From: Eledone cirrhosa | Lineage: Eukaryota | Reading direction: 5' to 3' | NCBI GenBank assembly: GCA_964016885.1 | Contig: OZ024749.1 | Span: 2,604,001 to 2,668,000, forward strand | Length of the DNA: 64,000 bases | Shown: positions 11,127-25,124 of the stretch, in pieces | How positions within the stretch are numbered: the first letter of the stretch is position 1 | How the letters are laid out: the number at the start of each line of letters is the position of its first letter | The notes under the pieces: model-generated | Told to the model about the DNA's origin: nothing | The model's database searches: none | The model's input: only the letters and a program-made list of their open reading frames with translations | Position numbers and translations under genes: made by a program

Positions 11127-12087
11127 ACAGCGGTATTCTATTAGATATATAAACACACAACTGTCTAAGTCAGTATGTTAGACATGGTAATAACTAATAT
11201 TCCGAGTAACGAAGATTTCCGAAACGTCAGCAGAATGTCCATTACAATGACCCCTAAAAGTAAAGATTAATTCATCATTGATCCTGTCCTTTACCCCTAC
11301 TGGAGTTATAAGGGAGCTGTCTAGAGTATTCTAAACCCCTACTGGAGTTATAAGAGAGCTGTCTAGGATATTCTAAACGTGTTGGAGTTCCTGCTAGACC
11401 TCATCTTTCTGTTGTGGTTGTGTGCCAGAGTATGTGACTGTGTGAAAGTAAATGTGTTGCTGTGTTTTTGTCTGTAGATTTCTTTGTAATTATATATTTC
11501 CCTACGATCGTGTGGTGTGGTGTGGTGTAGCTGTGTGGTGTGGTGTAGCTGTGTGGTGTGGTGTGGTGTGGTGTAGCTGTGTGGTGTGGTGTGTGTGTGT
11601 GTGTGTGTGTGTGTTTATCTCACTATATGACTATGTATTCCACTGTATTTATATATGTGTGAAAGTGGTAATATGACTATGTGCGCATATGTCTTTCCAT
11701 TCGAAGGTCAGCGACTATCAACACAAACGCTAAATATGAATAACGTTAGTGGTTTCTTGTGGCATTTATTGTGGTTAATGTGAAGTACCGTATTATAATC
11801 ACCATTATTATAAACAGTTTAATACTGTTTGAGCAGATTCGATACAAATCTTTCAAAATTTTAGATGTTTCTACCCACTTCTGAAACGTTTTTCTCTCCC
11901 TCCTCGAAGATCTGGCACAAACTGTCAGAATGAGTAAGATACTCACATCTCGGCGTCGTCACGGTGGAATTCACTCGTGTAAGCAGGGGTGGTTGAACTG
12001 GGGGGGGGGGGGTGCCTCTAACAACCCCACTCCCCAATAATTATATTTTTCTTCCCAAACTAACAAAAGCACACATCTATTTGTATA

Positions 12088-12628
12088 TTCCGCCGAGGTT
12101 CACTTTACCTTTCATCCTTACGGGGTCAATAAAAGAAAGTATTGGGATCGATTCAATCGACTTTTCTCTCTCCCCACATTGTTGGTCTTGTGCCTTGAGC
12201 AGTATTGGTAGCGTAACGGATAATATACTTTATGGCATAGAGTTACAGCCCTTTACGTTCTCAGTTCAAATCCCACCAAGCCTAGCTTTGCCTATCACCC
12301 ATAGGAGGGTCGATAAAATAAAGCACCAACAATGCACTGGGATCGATAAAATAAAGAACCAGTAATGCACTGGGATCGATAAAATAAAGAACCAGTAATG
12401 CACTGGGGTCGATAAAATAAAGCACCAGTAATGTACTGCGGTCGATTTAATCGACTTTCCCTGCGCCCCAGGTATGTTGGGCTTGTGCCTAAATCAAAAC
12501 CATATGATCTGAGTTCAAACCCGTCGAGGTTAACTTTGCCTTTCATCCTTACGGGGGTCGATAAAATAAAGTACCAGTAATGTACTGGGGTAATTGCTGG
12601 CCTTGTGCCCAGAGTAGAAACAATTATT
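12088..12628 (+). mobile_element. Cluster of SINE family A fragments with tandemly reiterated core
   Basis: Three partial copies. TCGATAAAATAAAG(C/A)ACCAGTAATGCACTGGG is repeated about 4 times at about 12310-12445. Confidence 0.85.
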
Positions 12629-12734
12629 AACTCTCTGCTTCTGAAGGATAATACATCGGTAGCCAGAGCCAAATGTTTACATTGAGTTTTCAAACTGGTG
12701 AGCCAATAGTAACTAAACATTACACACGAAAAAA

Positions 12735-12767
<33 letters not shown>

Positions 12768-13160
12768 GTTTCGGAAGAAGGATCAGGATGGAGAGAGAGG
12801 TGCTTCACCCCAGCCGTTTTTATGAAAGATGGGTGAAAGTGGCGAGAATGGCCCGTGTGAATGGGCCTTCACTCTACATCAGACTATAGGTGAGGAAGAT
12901 GAAAGACCAAGGGAGCACCCCCTCTCTGTGCTCCTGAGGAGAAGGGTTGCACACTTTTTTTCGGAGGTGTGTGCGACCCCCCAAGGCGCCTCCTCCCTAT
13001 TGAGGATTTTGTTACAAAATTTATTTTGTTATTTTATTTTATTTTTATACTTTTATATCTTGTTATTGCCTCCTCCATATTGAGGACGCCTTTACATGTA
13101 AACTCCCCCCTTTGTGCTTGTCCCACTTTTGATGCCCTGGTGGCAAATAAAAAGAAAGTT
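12768..13160 (+). mobile_element. Unclassified insertion in a (TATC)n tract
   Basis: About 390 bp of complex sequence bounded on both sides by (TATC)n, with AATAAA shortly before the 3' tract. Confidence 0.4.
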
Positions 13161-13169
13161 ATCTATCTA

Positions 13170-13208
<39 letters not shown>

Positions 13209-13420
13209 GCACGAGTATAGCTCTTTTTACAAAACGGTTAATCCGGTTAATTTCCATTTCAGGTAGACGCGCTCCATCATCCACAAAATAAATCATATAC
13301 AAAATTCCAGCACCAACAGTTTTGCAAGAGATGTCAACATGAATGGACCTGTTATTTTTATCTAAAGACATGTTTTCCAATTCCACCCCGCCCGTCCCTT
13401 CAATCTATCTTATTTCTTAT

Positions 13421-13456
13421 TCTTCTGATGAAGCACTAACGCCCGAAACGTTAAGA
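13421..13456 (+). ncRNA. Type I minimal hammerhead motif (weak stem II)
   Basis: tctt-CTGATGA-agcactaacgccc-GAAA-cg-TT-aaga. The 3' half and downstream tail recur at 41409-41515. Confidence 0.7.
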
Positions 13457-13558
13457 CACTCTTCCTACTATTTCAAGGGTTAATGTAATATATTCCTTCC
13501 ATATACTGTACCGATTGTGTTGTTACTTCTGTATGCCTTATATGCGCGCGTGCGCGTG

Positions 13559-13598
<40 letters not shown>

Positions 13599-14057
13599 TG
13601 TGTGTGTGAGAGAGAGAGAGCAAAATCTCGACAGAAGCTCCCATACTTTCACACTTTCATACATAACTAGAGATATGGGGTAGAATAGGAAAGAGGGGGT
13701 AGACGAAAGATGTGCGTGTACTCCCTATAAATAGCGACATTGATGGGAAGTAGAGTAGACTTGCTAGAATGAGAGAAGCGGCGACATTGTTTTATATAAT
13801 CTATTGATTAAAAGAATAACAGAATAACAGAATAAAGAGAATACAAGAGAGTCTACGTCAGTTTGACAGTAGCGGATGTGACTGTGTTTAGTTTGCACTG
13901 AATTACATACACACACACACATAAATATATATATACACACACACACACATAAATATATATATATATATATATACACACATAAATATATATACACACACAC
14001 ACGGGAGAGTGTGATGGATTGTTTGGTAGATAGAGGTGGCAGCTATATATAGCTTAC

Positions 14058-14163
<106 letters not shown>

Positions 14164-14396
14164 ATGTGTGTATGGTGTGTGTATGTGTATGTATGTATGT
14201 GTGGGCATGTGTGTATGTGTGTGTGTGTATGTGTGTAACGTTGATATCTATCTACCGTAATATCGTGTGCTAAAGAAAACAGAAAAAATTAAAAAAGATC
14301 CCAAAACTAAACTAATAAAGAAGATAAAAGTAACTACGACTTAGTAGAGACTTATACGTCATTACATTGAGGGAGGGGGCACTCTGGCTGGGGGTG

Positions 14397-14427
<31 letters not shown>

Positions 14428-14934
14428 TATATATATATATAGAGAGAGAGAGAGATGTAGAGAGTGGGCGAGGTAGATAGATATAGAGAGTGAGTGGATG
14501 AGAGAGATATATAGTGAGTGGGTGAGAGAGAGAGAGAGATATATAGTGAGTGGGTGAGAGAGAGAGATATATAGTGAGTGGGTGAGAGAGTGTTATATAG
14601 AGAGAGGGGGTGAGAGAAAGAGGGAGATATATAGAGAAAGAGGGAGATATATAGAGAGAGGGGGAGGGAGATATATAGAGAGAGGGGGTGAGAGAGATAT
14701 AAAGAGAGATGGGTGAAATCTTTGAAAATTAAGAAAAATAACCCATAGAAGCTGTAATGAATGCTGGCACCATTACTACTTCTACAGTATTACTACTACT
14801 ACTACTTCTACACTATTACTACTACTACTACTTCTACACTATTACTACTACTACTACTTCTACACTATTACTACTACTACTACTACTACTGTAACTACTA
14901 CTACTGTTACTACTACTGCAGTTGTTGTTTGACC

Positions 14935-15245
14935 TTTGTCGTTTTCGACGACAACTGCTCCAGTTGATTCAATCAACAGAATTGCCATCAACTGAAGGTG
15001 TAAGTAGCTGGGCAATTCACAGACACGTGTACCTTTAACCTGGTTTACAGAGTGGTTCAGAATGAAACAGTGTGGGACAAGACTACACCCCCTTTCAATT
15101 TTCAGATACAACTCATTCTTGCTATTTGAGTGAACTGGAGCAACATTAAATAAAGTGTTTCGTTCAAAGACCTTACCCTTCGCCTACTCGGGGAACGACC
15201 TTACGACCTTGACCCAAACTCCATAACCACCAATACACGTCCCTT
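14935..15245 (-). mobile_element. SINE family B (CORE-like), diverged
   Basis: Aligns to 45725-46030 (CCAGTTGAT..., CCTTTAAC..., GAACTGGAGCAAC..AAATAAAGTGT). Confidence 0.75.
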
Positions 15246-15339
15246 TACAAGGCTACTAGTACTACTATTTATTTAATTCGTAGCGCGGCGCCGTGGTGGC
15301 AGCGTTTCGTTATTATTTTTTAAAAACCTGGTGAAACCT

Positions 15340-15605
15340 ATCAGCCTTTCCCCAGTACATTACTGGTACTTTTTTGTTTTGTTTTTTGTCTATCGCAAAA
15401 TCCTGAACGACAAATTTGACCTCGGTAGTATTTGAAGTGAGAGGGAAAAGAGCTGCCACGAGTACCACAAAGTATTTCATCCGACGTTGTATAATAATTA
15501 CTATTACTAATAACTGTTTCTACTTTAGGCACAAGGCCAGCAATTAACCCAGTGCATTACTGGTACTTTATTTTATCGACCCCGTAAGGATGAAAGGCAA
15601 AGTTT
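15340..15605 (-). mobile_element. SINE family A fragments (two)
   Basis: CCCAGTGCATTACTGGTACTTTATTTTATCGACCCCGTAAGGATGAAAGGCAAAG. Confidence 0.8.
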
Positions 15606-16104
15606 AACGCTGACAACCCCCTACTACATGATTCCATTTAATTTGTTAAAGTAAATTTCGTAGATCTTCCCCGTGGTTTTCCTTATAAAACAAACCAGTA
15701 ACACTAGATTATCTTTCTTTCTTCTCTTCTCCTTACGAATGTAATACGAACTAGTGGGCAGAAATAATGTTTAACTAAGTATTTTAGCCCTTACTGAACT
15801 TTCCACTATATATGTGTATATGTAGGCGTGTATATGTAGGTGTATATGTGTTTGCTTGTACCTACACAACCGTGTTTCTCCATCGCTGTGTGTAACATAT
15901 ATGCCAAATGGTGCTATGCTGAACATAGACTAATAAACAACGCACATCCTGCTAAAAAGACAATGTTTTCTACCTGCCAGGCTTCACAGTGGTGATTTAA
16001 TAAGTAGAGATATGATTCGACTTACATACCTTTACCTAGACGTCAATGGTATGGTTCAAATTAATGACTATTTGTCTACTGTCTGACATTTTGTCTGTGG
16101 ACGA

Positions 16105-16440
16105 AGCATTGCCGAATGGTTAAGAAATTCGCTTTGCAACAATAAGATATTGGTTCAATCCCACCGCATGGCATTTTAGGCACATGTCCTTTTTCATTGC
16201 CTCGGGTTGATTTAAGCGTTGTGAATGAATCTGGGTAGACAGAAAGCCGTTGGATGCATTGGAGCTGTAATTCAAATGACCAGCTTGTCACACGCATATT
16301 AAAGGTACCCGTGTATGTTAACTGCTCAGCCAATTTCACTGTAATACAAGATATACTCTACCTGTAATTCATATGGCCAGGCATGCCACACAATGTTTTA
16401 CAGTATAGTATCTCGCTGAGAATAATGTTAAAAGTACATT
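16105..16440 (+). mobile_element. Diverged tRNA-derived SINE (family B/C-like)
   Basis: tRNA-like head GCCGAATGGTTAAG...GGTTCAATCCC, with a body resembling family B. Confidence 0.55.
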
Positions 16441-17157
16441 TCGTGTGGGCAGAGTCCTGAAACGCCCCTTCCAGCGGGGTCAGTCAAAATCAGCCGTCTC
16501 CAACTCATCCAGTTGGATCCCTAAGCGAGGCCAGCCAAACTCATTGATGTTATCCAATCAGCTTGCTATTGATAATTGAGATAAATAACACCCAATAGTT
16601 GTAATCGTTCATTTCTAAATATTTAAAGTTATATTAAAAAGCGATTCTATATGATGACCTTAGCTGCAGTATTGATCCACTTGATCTGGCTGAGTGCCTC
16701 AAGGTACACGTGCCTGTAAAATACTCAGCCAATTACATTATAATACACAATGGAGTATATCTGTAGTTCCCATGACCAACCTTGTTACGTTGTCAGGTTC
16801 AGTCTCCTCATAAATAACTTGAGTACGCATGCCTGGAATTGTTTGTCATTAACACAATATTTTCTCGAACATTTGTCGTCGAAACTGACGGAGGTCCATT
16901 TTATTATTATGTGTATAATATGTGATCCTCAGAGTTTTTCTAGATTTTTAAAAAATTAGCCTTCTATAGGGAAAAGGAGATATAGTGTCCCCTGCCACAC
17001 AAGTTAAGTCAATAATAAGGGATTGTAAAGGAGAGAGAAGCCATATTCCAAGCTGACGGATGAAAGCCTGTTGATAAACTAAGGCGCTTAACTCAACAAC
17101 AATATGACTTGCTCGTGCAAAGGCACAGTATAATAGTTATTAGAATGCAGTGACATG

Positions 17158-17215
<58 letters not shown>

Positions 17216-17250
17216 TGTGTGTGTGTGTGTGTGTCTGTCTGTGTGTGTGT

Positions 17251-17325
<75 letters not shown>

Positions 17326-17732
17326 TGTGTGTGTGTGTCAATATATGACTGGGGTATGCATATTGAAAGTTTCCAAGTCATGGACAGCATGTCTAATGAA
17401 GATGTCGACGTCTTGAGTGACGTCTGTGAAGCTTTCAGTAGTGCAGGTCCAAGTCGCACACTTAATACAAATATTGCCTGGAGTTTGCTTTTCTTTCGTC
17501 TGTAGATCAATCTTTTCCATTCCCTCTACCTGCCTTCCCTCCATTGCTCTCTTCTCATACATACACAGAAATATATATCTAAGGCTAAACAGGTTCACTT
17601 GTAAATATAGCCACAACTCTACACATTCATGTGCAATAGGGTGTTCCTGCGTGAGAATAACTATGGGGACCGTTCAGTGTGTATGTATATAAAAATATCT
17701 TTGCAACCATCTTTACATCTTTACATCTGTTA

Positions 17733-17778
<46 letters not shown>

Positions 17779-17803
<25 letters not shown>

Positions 17804-17931
17804 AAAATGGAACGGGAACAAAACAGAGACGCAGTACAAACAAAGGTTTATTAGTTTCACGATTTTGAGAGTGGGGTGGGGTGGGGTGGGGTGGGGTGGG
17901 GGCGTTTCGGGCATGAGCCCTTCTTCAGGCG
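17779..17931 (-). mobile_element. PLE-like 3' end with hammerhead core (17901-17931)
   Basis: Minus strand: CTGAAGA-agggc(tcat)gccc-GAAA-cg, then a C-rich run (cleavage site lost), AATAAA, a T-rich tail and (TA)n. Confidence 0.6.
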
Positions 17932-18343
17932 AAAAGTGTGTGGGAAGAGAGTTCCGAGGGTGTGTAGGGGAGTGGAGGAGAGATATTTAGAAAAAAAAGG
18001 TGGGGGTGTTGAAAGGGAGGAAAAACGGTGGAAGGGGTACAAATAAAAATTAAAAAAATAAAAATAAAAATAAGCATGAAGATAAACAAATGGTGGAATG
18101 TGTGGGGTGTGTAGGGGGGTGGAGTGGGGAGAGGGAAGCGGGGTGTCCGAGCGGGGAGGGCTGAAGGTGGTGTATGTGTGTGGGTTGGGGTGTAGGCCAA
18201 TGTGTGGATGGGGAGGGGTCAGAGGGTGGGGGAGGGGGGAGATTATTCCGGAGGCTGAGTGTGTATATATGTGGGGATACGCAACACCTACTTTAGTAGT
18301 AGAGCTCTCTTCGACCCATACCACATTTCCATCGCTGGCTTTC

Positions 18344-18432
<89 letters not shown>

Positions 18433-18507
18433 GAAAATAAGCAAACAAAACACAAGAAGCAATTGTACACAAATATATTATGTTCACGGTTGGTGGTAGT
18501 GGAGGAG

Positions 18508-18545
18508 GTTTCGACGTTTCGGACAGAAGTCCTTCTTTAGGAAAG
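18508..18545 (-). ncRNA. Hammerhead motif variant (CTAAAGA, G5->A)
   Basis: Minus strand: tttc-CTAAAGA-aggac(ttct)gtcc-GAAA-cg-TC-gaaa. About 80 nt of tail follows, then (TA)n at about 18428. Confidence 0.7.
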
Positions 18546-19228
18546 TTCAGATACGGGCAGAACGGAAACTCCGATGAGAAGTTAGGGAGGGGTTAAGGAG
18601 GGAAATTAAATAGTACTAAAATAGAGAGTAAAAATAAAAGGGTTAGAAGATATAGGTCCAGACTTGGGGACAGGGTGGATATTAGGGACTGGCATGGGTG
18701 TGGTAGGGTGTGTGTGTGTTGAAGGGGAGAACGGGGGAATAGTTAGAGAGAGGGCTGCAAAAGTTTTCAGAGTATAGGAAGAGCCGGCAAATGCTTGTGT
18801 GTGTGTATGTATGTTTATATATATATATATATAGATGGTTGCAAAGATAATTTTATATAAAATCGGAAATGCTGAGGTACACATTGATCTCTAGACACGG
18901 ATATATAGAAATACTACCAAAATATCCCCCTGCCTCACTCCCAGATTAACACCAGTAAAAACAAAAATATCAGTCATGCAGTAAATCGATTTCACCACAC
19001 CCAATATATTTCCACCATGTTTTTGTGCAACTTCATCTCCCTCTCTCTCTCTGTATTCGTTTCTCTCTTTAGTTTCCTCTCTCTCTCACTCTCAGTTTCT
19101 CTGTTTCTCCCCACCCCCAACCCAGGTCCTGTCTCTTTGTGTTGTTCAGTCTATCAAGTTGTCGATCTGTGTCTGTAAATCAACATACCCGTCCCACAAC
19201 AATGCTCAAAGCTGGCAATGGAAGATCC

Positions 19229-19391
19229 CACCACTATCACCACCATCACTACCACCACCACCACCACTACCATCACTACTACCATTATCACCACCATCAC
19301 TACCACCACTACCACTACCACCACCACCACCATCACCACCACTACTACCACCACCACCACCATCACCACCACTACCATCACCACCACCACC
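19229..19391. repeat. (CCA/CTA/TCA)n tract
   Basis: Visible directly. Confidence 0.9.
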
Positions 19392-19496
19392 TCTCTGAAG
19401 CTGGTAATATTCCAAGAGCAGATGTGAAATGTTGGCCTCTTTACAAACTGGTCATTAAGTATGTTAAATACATATGATACATATATGAGATACGGG

Positions 19497-19534
<38 letters not shown>

Positions 19535-19569
19535 GATGATATATTTACAGGTAAGGGAGAGAAACCCTA

Positions 19570-19885
19570 TGGTTTAGTGGTTAGTTAAGCCGTTTGGCTC
19601 CTGATCCTAATGTCGTTTGTTCTATTCCTGGCCGCCATTTATGCAAGACAATTTAATTTACGTTGCTCCTACCCACTCAGACAAAAATTAGATATACCTT
19701 TAATTTAAAGAGCCAGCAGCCTTGTGATAGTGCATCACCATGAATCTCCCATGACCATGCTAAGATAGAGTACATGGAAAATAACATTGAAGTCTTTCTA
19801 TAGATTACAAACTCGGGGAATCAGTGCGCATGTTCCTTTTCGGGAATTACTCGACAGTTCGGATGGATGGATTAAGGCATACCTG
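19570..19885 (+). mobile_element. SINE family B, highly diverged
   Basis: TGGTTTAGTGGTTAG head and GCAAGACAATTTAATTTACGTTGCTCC core. Confidence 0.55.
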
Positions 19886-20592
19886 ACATCCTCTAAAGCT
19901 AAGGTTCTCAACCCATGCCCCTCGAAATCACGAAACGCCCCCCTACCCTATTTTTCCATTTATCAATATAATACTGATTTTGAAATCAGTAGGTTACTGG
20001 GCCAAATCAAGTTATGTTAGAATCTTTAAAAAATACTCGTACGAATTAAATACAAAAAAGTTTCAGTCCAAATAAAAGCAAGCTATTTCAAATTATATAT
20101 TAAAAATATTTAAAAATAGACGTGAATGTTCTCAAAGATTTGATCTCAGTCGAGAAAGGTCTTTTTTTTTTAAATTCTATATTTCACTGTTAGCTGTTGT
20201 AATATTTTGATTGGATAAACAATTCTACAATTCAAACTGTAAAGTCAAAATACAAAAGATGCAAAATATGAAGAATTTCTTACCTTTCTCTGAAATCACA
20301 AAATCAGGGAAAAAATAGTACCTTGCAAAATAATATACCTCGCAGCAAAATAAAATACTTAGTTGCAACGAATGAATTGAGAAGCTTGGTGACAGTGAGA
20401 AAGCAATATCTGTATCCCTTATATATATATATATATACATAGATAGATAGATACACACACACACATAAATGAGCACGCACACACACAAACTTGTGTGTGT
20501 GTGCCCTGGTTTTGGTACATAAACAATTTTGTCTCCCGTTTTTATTGCCAGGTCAAATGCCACTGTTCTTTTAAACAACGCCAAATAACAAC

Positions 20593-20640
<48 letters not shown>

Positions 20641-20702
20641 AGTAAGACATGTGTGTGTGTGTGTGTGTTTTGTACACGTCTATCTATCTATCTATCTCCA
20701 AA

Positions 20703-21102
20703 AGGGGGCTCAAACATGCGGCCCGCGAACTACTTTTCTGTGGCCCGTGGTAGAACCAATATTTCATATCGCATTATAACTGGTGAAAATAAGGCGGTGA
20801 GCTGGTGGAATCGTTAGCACATCTGGCGAAATGCTTAACGGTACTTCTGTTTTTACGTTCTGAGTTCAAATTCCCCCGATCTCAACTTTGCCTTTCATCC
20901 TTTTGGGGTCGATCAATTAAGTACCAGTTGTGTACTTGGATCGATACAATCGACTGAACTCTAAAGCCCAAATTTCACGCCGTGTTCCTATAGTAGAAAT
21001 GATTATAACTGGTGAAAATGTTCACCCACCTCCACGTTTGGCCCACTCTTCCTCTCCTCCAGGACGTAATGGCTTTTTTGTGTCCTTGAGTTTGAGACCC
21101 TT
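20703..21102. mobile_element. hAT (Charlie-like) MITE interrupted by a SINE
   Basis: Termini AGGGGGCTCAAAC / GTTTGAGACCCTT with subterminal GCGGCCCGCG motifs. Confidence 0.6.
20791..21001 (+). mobile_element. Full-length SINE family A with 18-bp TSD
   Basis: ATTATAACTGGTGAAAAT at 20773-20790 and 21002-21019. A/B boxes are present. Confidence 0.9.
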
Positions 21103-21129
21103 CTACACACACACACACACACATATATA

Positions 21130-21385
21130 GTTTACTTCTTTACTGTCTCTGGACTACGCCCATGCTGGAGAATCACCATGGTAAGTTATGGGGACGTCAA
21201 CAAACCAACAAGCATTAGTGGGAGGGCAAACACAAACGCAAAGACACACACAGACATATATACATATATACGACGGGCTTTTAGTTTCGGTCTATCAAAT
21301 CCAGAAACAGGACTTTGGTCGGCTCGGGCAGTGGGACTGAACCCAGAAATATGTGGGTGAGAAACAAGCTTCTTGTCACACTGCG
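21130..21385 (-). mobile_element. tRNA-derived SINE family C, internally deleted
   Basis: Minus-strand head GTGTGACAAGAAGCTTG...GGGTTCAGTCCCACTGC with an internal (CA/TA) tract. Confidence 0.6.
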
Positions 21386-21390
21386 CACAA

Positions 21391-21496
<106 letters not shown>

Positions 21497-21566
21497 CGTA
21501 ATATATATATATCCTTACATACTTAAATATAAATGCATGTATATATACAAATGTATAAATGCACAG

Positions 21567-21622
<56 letters not shown>

Positions 21623-21896
21623 GTATGTATGTAGATTTTATATATATATGTATATGTATATATATGTATGTAGATTTATATATATATATAACTACATACA
21701 TACATTTACTATTTACGTATGTATATAGCTATGCATTTATATTTAAGTGTGTAAGGTTGTTGACATGATTTATGTGGGGTTTTTTTTTGGTAAGGAGAAA
21801 ATCTGTCTACAGATTTTATTACCTAGGGAGGTTAAATACCACAGCCCTGTCTGAAAGCTGACCAGGCTCTCAACCTCATCAAACACTAACGCAGGC

Positions 21897-22002
<106 letters not shown>

Positions 22003-22627
22003 TCGTATGTATGTATATGTATGCACCCAAACATTTCATCACCATTGCTTCTTTTTGTTGTCATTTCTTTGATTTATTTTGTTTTCCTTTTATCTCCCCA
22101 GGGAATTCGTTGACAAGTTTCTTTTATTTATTTTTTTCGTTTTCTTCATTCAAATGCATTCACACTCGCTGTCTAAGAGACGTACAAATATGACTTATAA
22201 AACTTACAAAACTAAAGGGGCTTCCAGCATTCACTCTAGCGCCCCCAAAGCCTCAAACGCCCCCCTAACGACCCCCTGAAGCTCCGAAACGCCACCCTGA
22301 GGGGTGGGGGGTCGGGGGCATATGCCCCCCGATGAGAACGTTTGCTCTAAAGAACCAAATTTGGAGAACCACGAAAAAAAGTACCCCAAATCGGGGAGAA
22401 ATGAGGCAAATTTGGGAGATTATACATAATGATAGCTATAGTTATTTTTACAAGAGAAGACAACTCTTGCACGCCTTAAGGTGGGTGGGAGATCTCCCCG
22501 TCGGACGGGAAGAGTTGACAGGTGATTAAAGTATTCTCAAACCAGTGACATAGAAAATATTCTTACAACATGAATAAACTCTTCTGAAGGCAACTAAGGT
22601 TAAAGTGTTATTATTTGGGCCTGGGTA

Positions 22628-22762
22628 GGGTGGTGGATTAACAGTATCGGTAGAGCATCAGATAAGATACTTTATGGCATAGGGTTACGCCACTTTGCGA
22701 TCTGAGTTCAAATTCTGCCGAGGCTAGTTTGCCTTTCGTCCATTCAGGGTCAATTAATTTCA
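22628..22762 (+). mobile_element. SINE family A, 3'-truncated
   Basis: GGTGGATTAACAGTATCGGTAGAGC..GAGTTCAAATTCTGCCGAGG..GCCTTTC. Confidence 0.8.
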
Positions 22763-22958
22763 AATATTCAGGAAACATTTTCAAACGAAAGAATTTCGAC
22801 TGAGTTTTCCGAATTTCTTTCTTGTTTGAAAATGTTCCCCGATGAAATTGGTTACTATTGGACTCAGTCATATGTATATCTATACTTGCCTATACATGTA
22901 TATATCTTCAACACAAACACACACACTACATATATATATATACAGAGAGAGAGAGAGA

Positions 22959-22992
<34 letters not shown>

Positions 22993-23074
22993 ATGTTGTA
23001 GAATTAAATTATAACAAGCGACATTAAAGAATCGAATAAATTTAAATGAACGTGATCCAACGGGCCACGAGTGA

Positions 23075-23190
<116 letters not shown>

Positions 23191-23522
23191 TTGTTCCCTT
23201 CTCCTTCCAATTACAAGACAACATGTGGTTTCACAATAATTCGGCCTTAGGAATACGTAAATGGTGGTATTGGGTGTGATTTAAATACGTCTGGAATACT
23301 CAACACGTTGCACGTTAATCTACGAGCTGGATACACTGTACGGACAGAGTGCTCATCGTCGAAACTTATGAAGGACCTATGATGGTGTTGATATAGTTTT
23401 ACATTGTGGCAACTGACGCAGAGAAAAGTACAGAAAAACGAACAAAAGCTGTTTCAGTAGAAGCCACAGAAAACTTGTCCTACCAGACCAGCTGTGAACA
23501 CTGTCATAACACACACACGCAC

Positions 23523-23590
<68 letters not shown>

Positions 23591-23870
23591 GTATATATAC
23601 AGACAGACAGACAGACATACAAGAAGTCGTTGCATAAAGAAATATGTTCACAGCCTCAGTGGGGGAGAGGGTGCAGTATTGGGTGGTGGAGGTAGTTTAG
23701 TGGTGGTGGTGGTGGTGGTGGTGGGCGGGTGGTGGGTTGTCGGTGGTGTTGGATGTGGTGGTAGTAGACTGTTTATGTTGCTAGTATGTTGTTCGTGGTG
23801 ATGATGGCAGTGTTGACGGCGTGCAGTGTTGTGTTGCTGTTGGTGGTGTTGTTGTTATTGGTAATTGTAC

Positions 23871-24033
23871 TAGAGTTAGTAGTAGTGGTGGTGGTATTAA
23901 TGGTGGTGGAGATGTTGATTGTGGTGGTAGTGTGTTGTTGTTGGTAGAGTTAGTAGTAGTAGTAGTGGTGGTGGTGGTATTAATGGTGGTGGAGATGTTG
24001 ATTGTGGTGGTAGTGTGTTGTTGTTGTTAGAAT

Positions 24034-24065
<32 letters not shown>

Positions 24066-24119
24066 TTAATGGTGGTGGAGATGTTGATTGTGGTGGTAGT
24101 GTGTTGTTGTTGGTAGAGT

Positions 24120-24151
<32 letters not shown>

Positions 24152-24205
24152 TTAATGGTGGTGGAGATGTTGTCTGTGGTGGTAGTGTGTTGTTGTTGGT
24201 AGAGT

Positions 24206-24237
<32 letters not shown>

Positions 24238-24291
24238 TTAATGGTGGTGGAGATGTTGATTGTGGTGGTAGTGTGTTGTTGTTGGTAGAGT

Positions 24292-24325
<34 letters not shown>

Positions 24326-24383
24326 GGTATTAATGGTGGTGGAGATGTTGATTGTGGTGGTAGTGTGTTGTTGTTGGTAGAGT

Positions 24384-24417
<34 letters not shown>

Positions 24418-24475
24418 GGTATTAATGGTGGTGGAGATGTTGATTGTGGTGGTAGTGTGTTGTTGTTGTTAGAAT

Positions 24476-24507
<32 letters not shown>

Positions 24508-24561
24508 TTAATGGTGGTGGAGATGTTGATTGTGGTGGTAGTGTGTTGTTGTTGGTAGAGT

Positions 24562-24595
<34 letters not shown>

Positions 24596-24653
24596 GGTAT
24601 TAATGGTGGTGGAGATGTTGATTGTGGTGGTAGTGTGTTGTTGTTGGTAGAGT

Positions 24654-24687
<34 letters not shown>

Positions 24688-24745
24688 GGTATTAATGGTG
24701 GTGGAGATGTTGATTGTGGTGGTAGTGTGTTGTTGTTGTTAGAAT

Positions 24746-24777
<32 letters not shown>

Positions 24778-24831
24778 TTAATGGTGGTGGAGATGTTGAT
24801 TGTGGTGGTAGTGTGTTGTTGTTGGTAGAGT

Positions 24832-24863
<32 letters not shown>

Positions 24864-24917
24864 TTAATGGTGGTGGAGATGTTGTCTGTGGTGGTAGTGT
24901 GTTGTTGTTGGTAGAGT

Positions 24918-24949
<32 letters not shown>

Positions 24950-25003
24950 TTAATGGTGGTGGAGATGTTGATTGTGGTGGTAGTGTGTTGTTGTTGGTAG
25001 AGT

Positions 25004-25038
<35 letters not shown>

Positions 25039-25092
25039 TTAATGGTGGTGGAGATGTTGATTGTGGTGGTAGTGTGTTGTTGTTGGTAGAGT

Positions 25093-25124
<32 letters not shown>

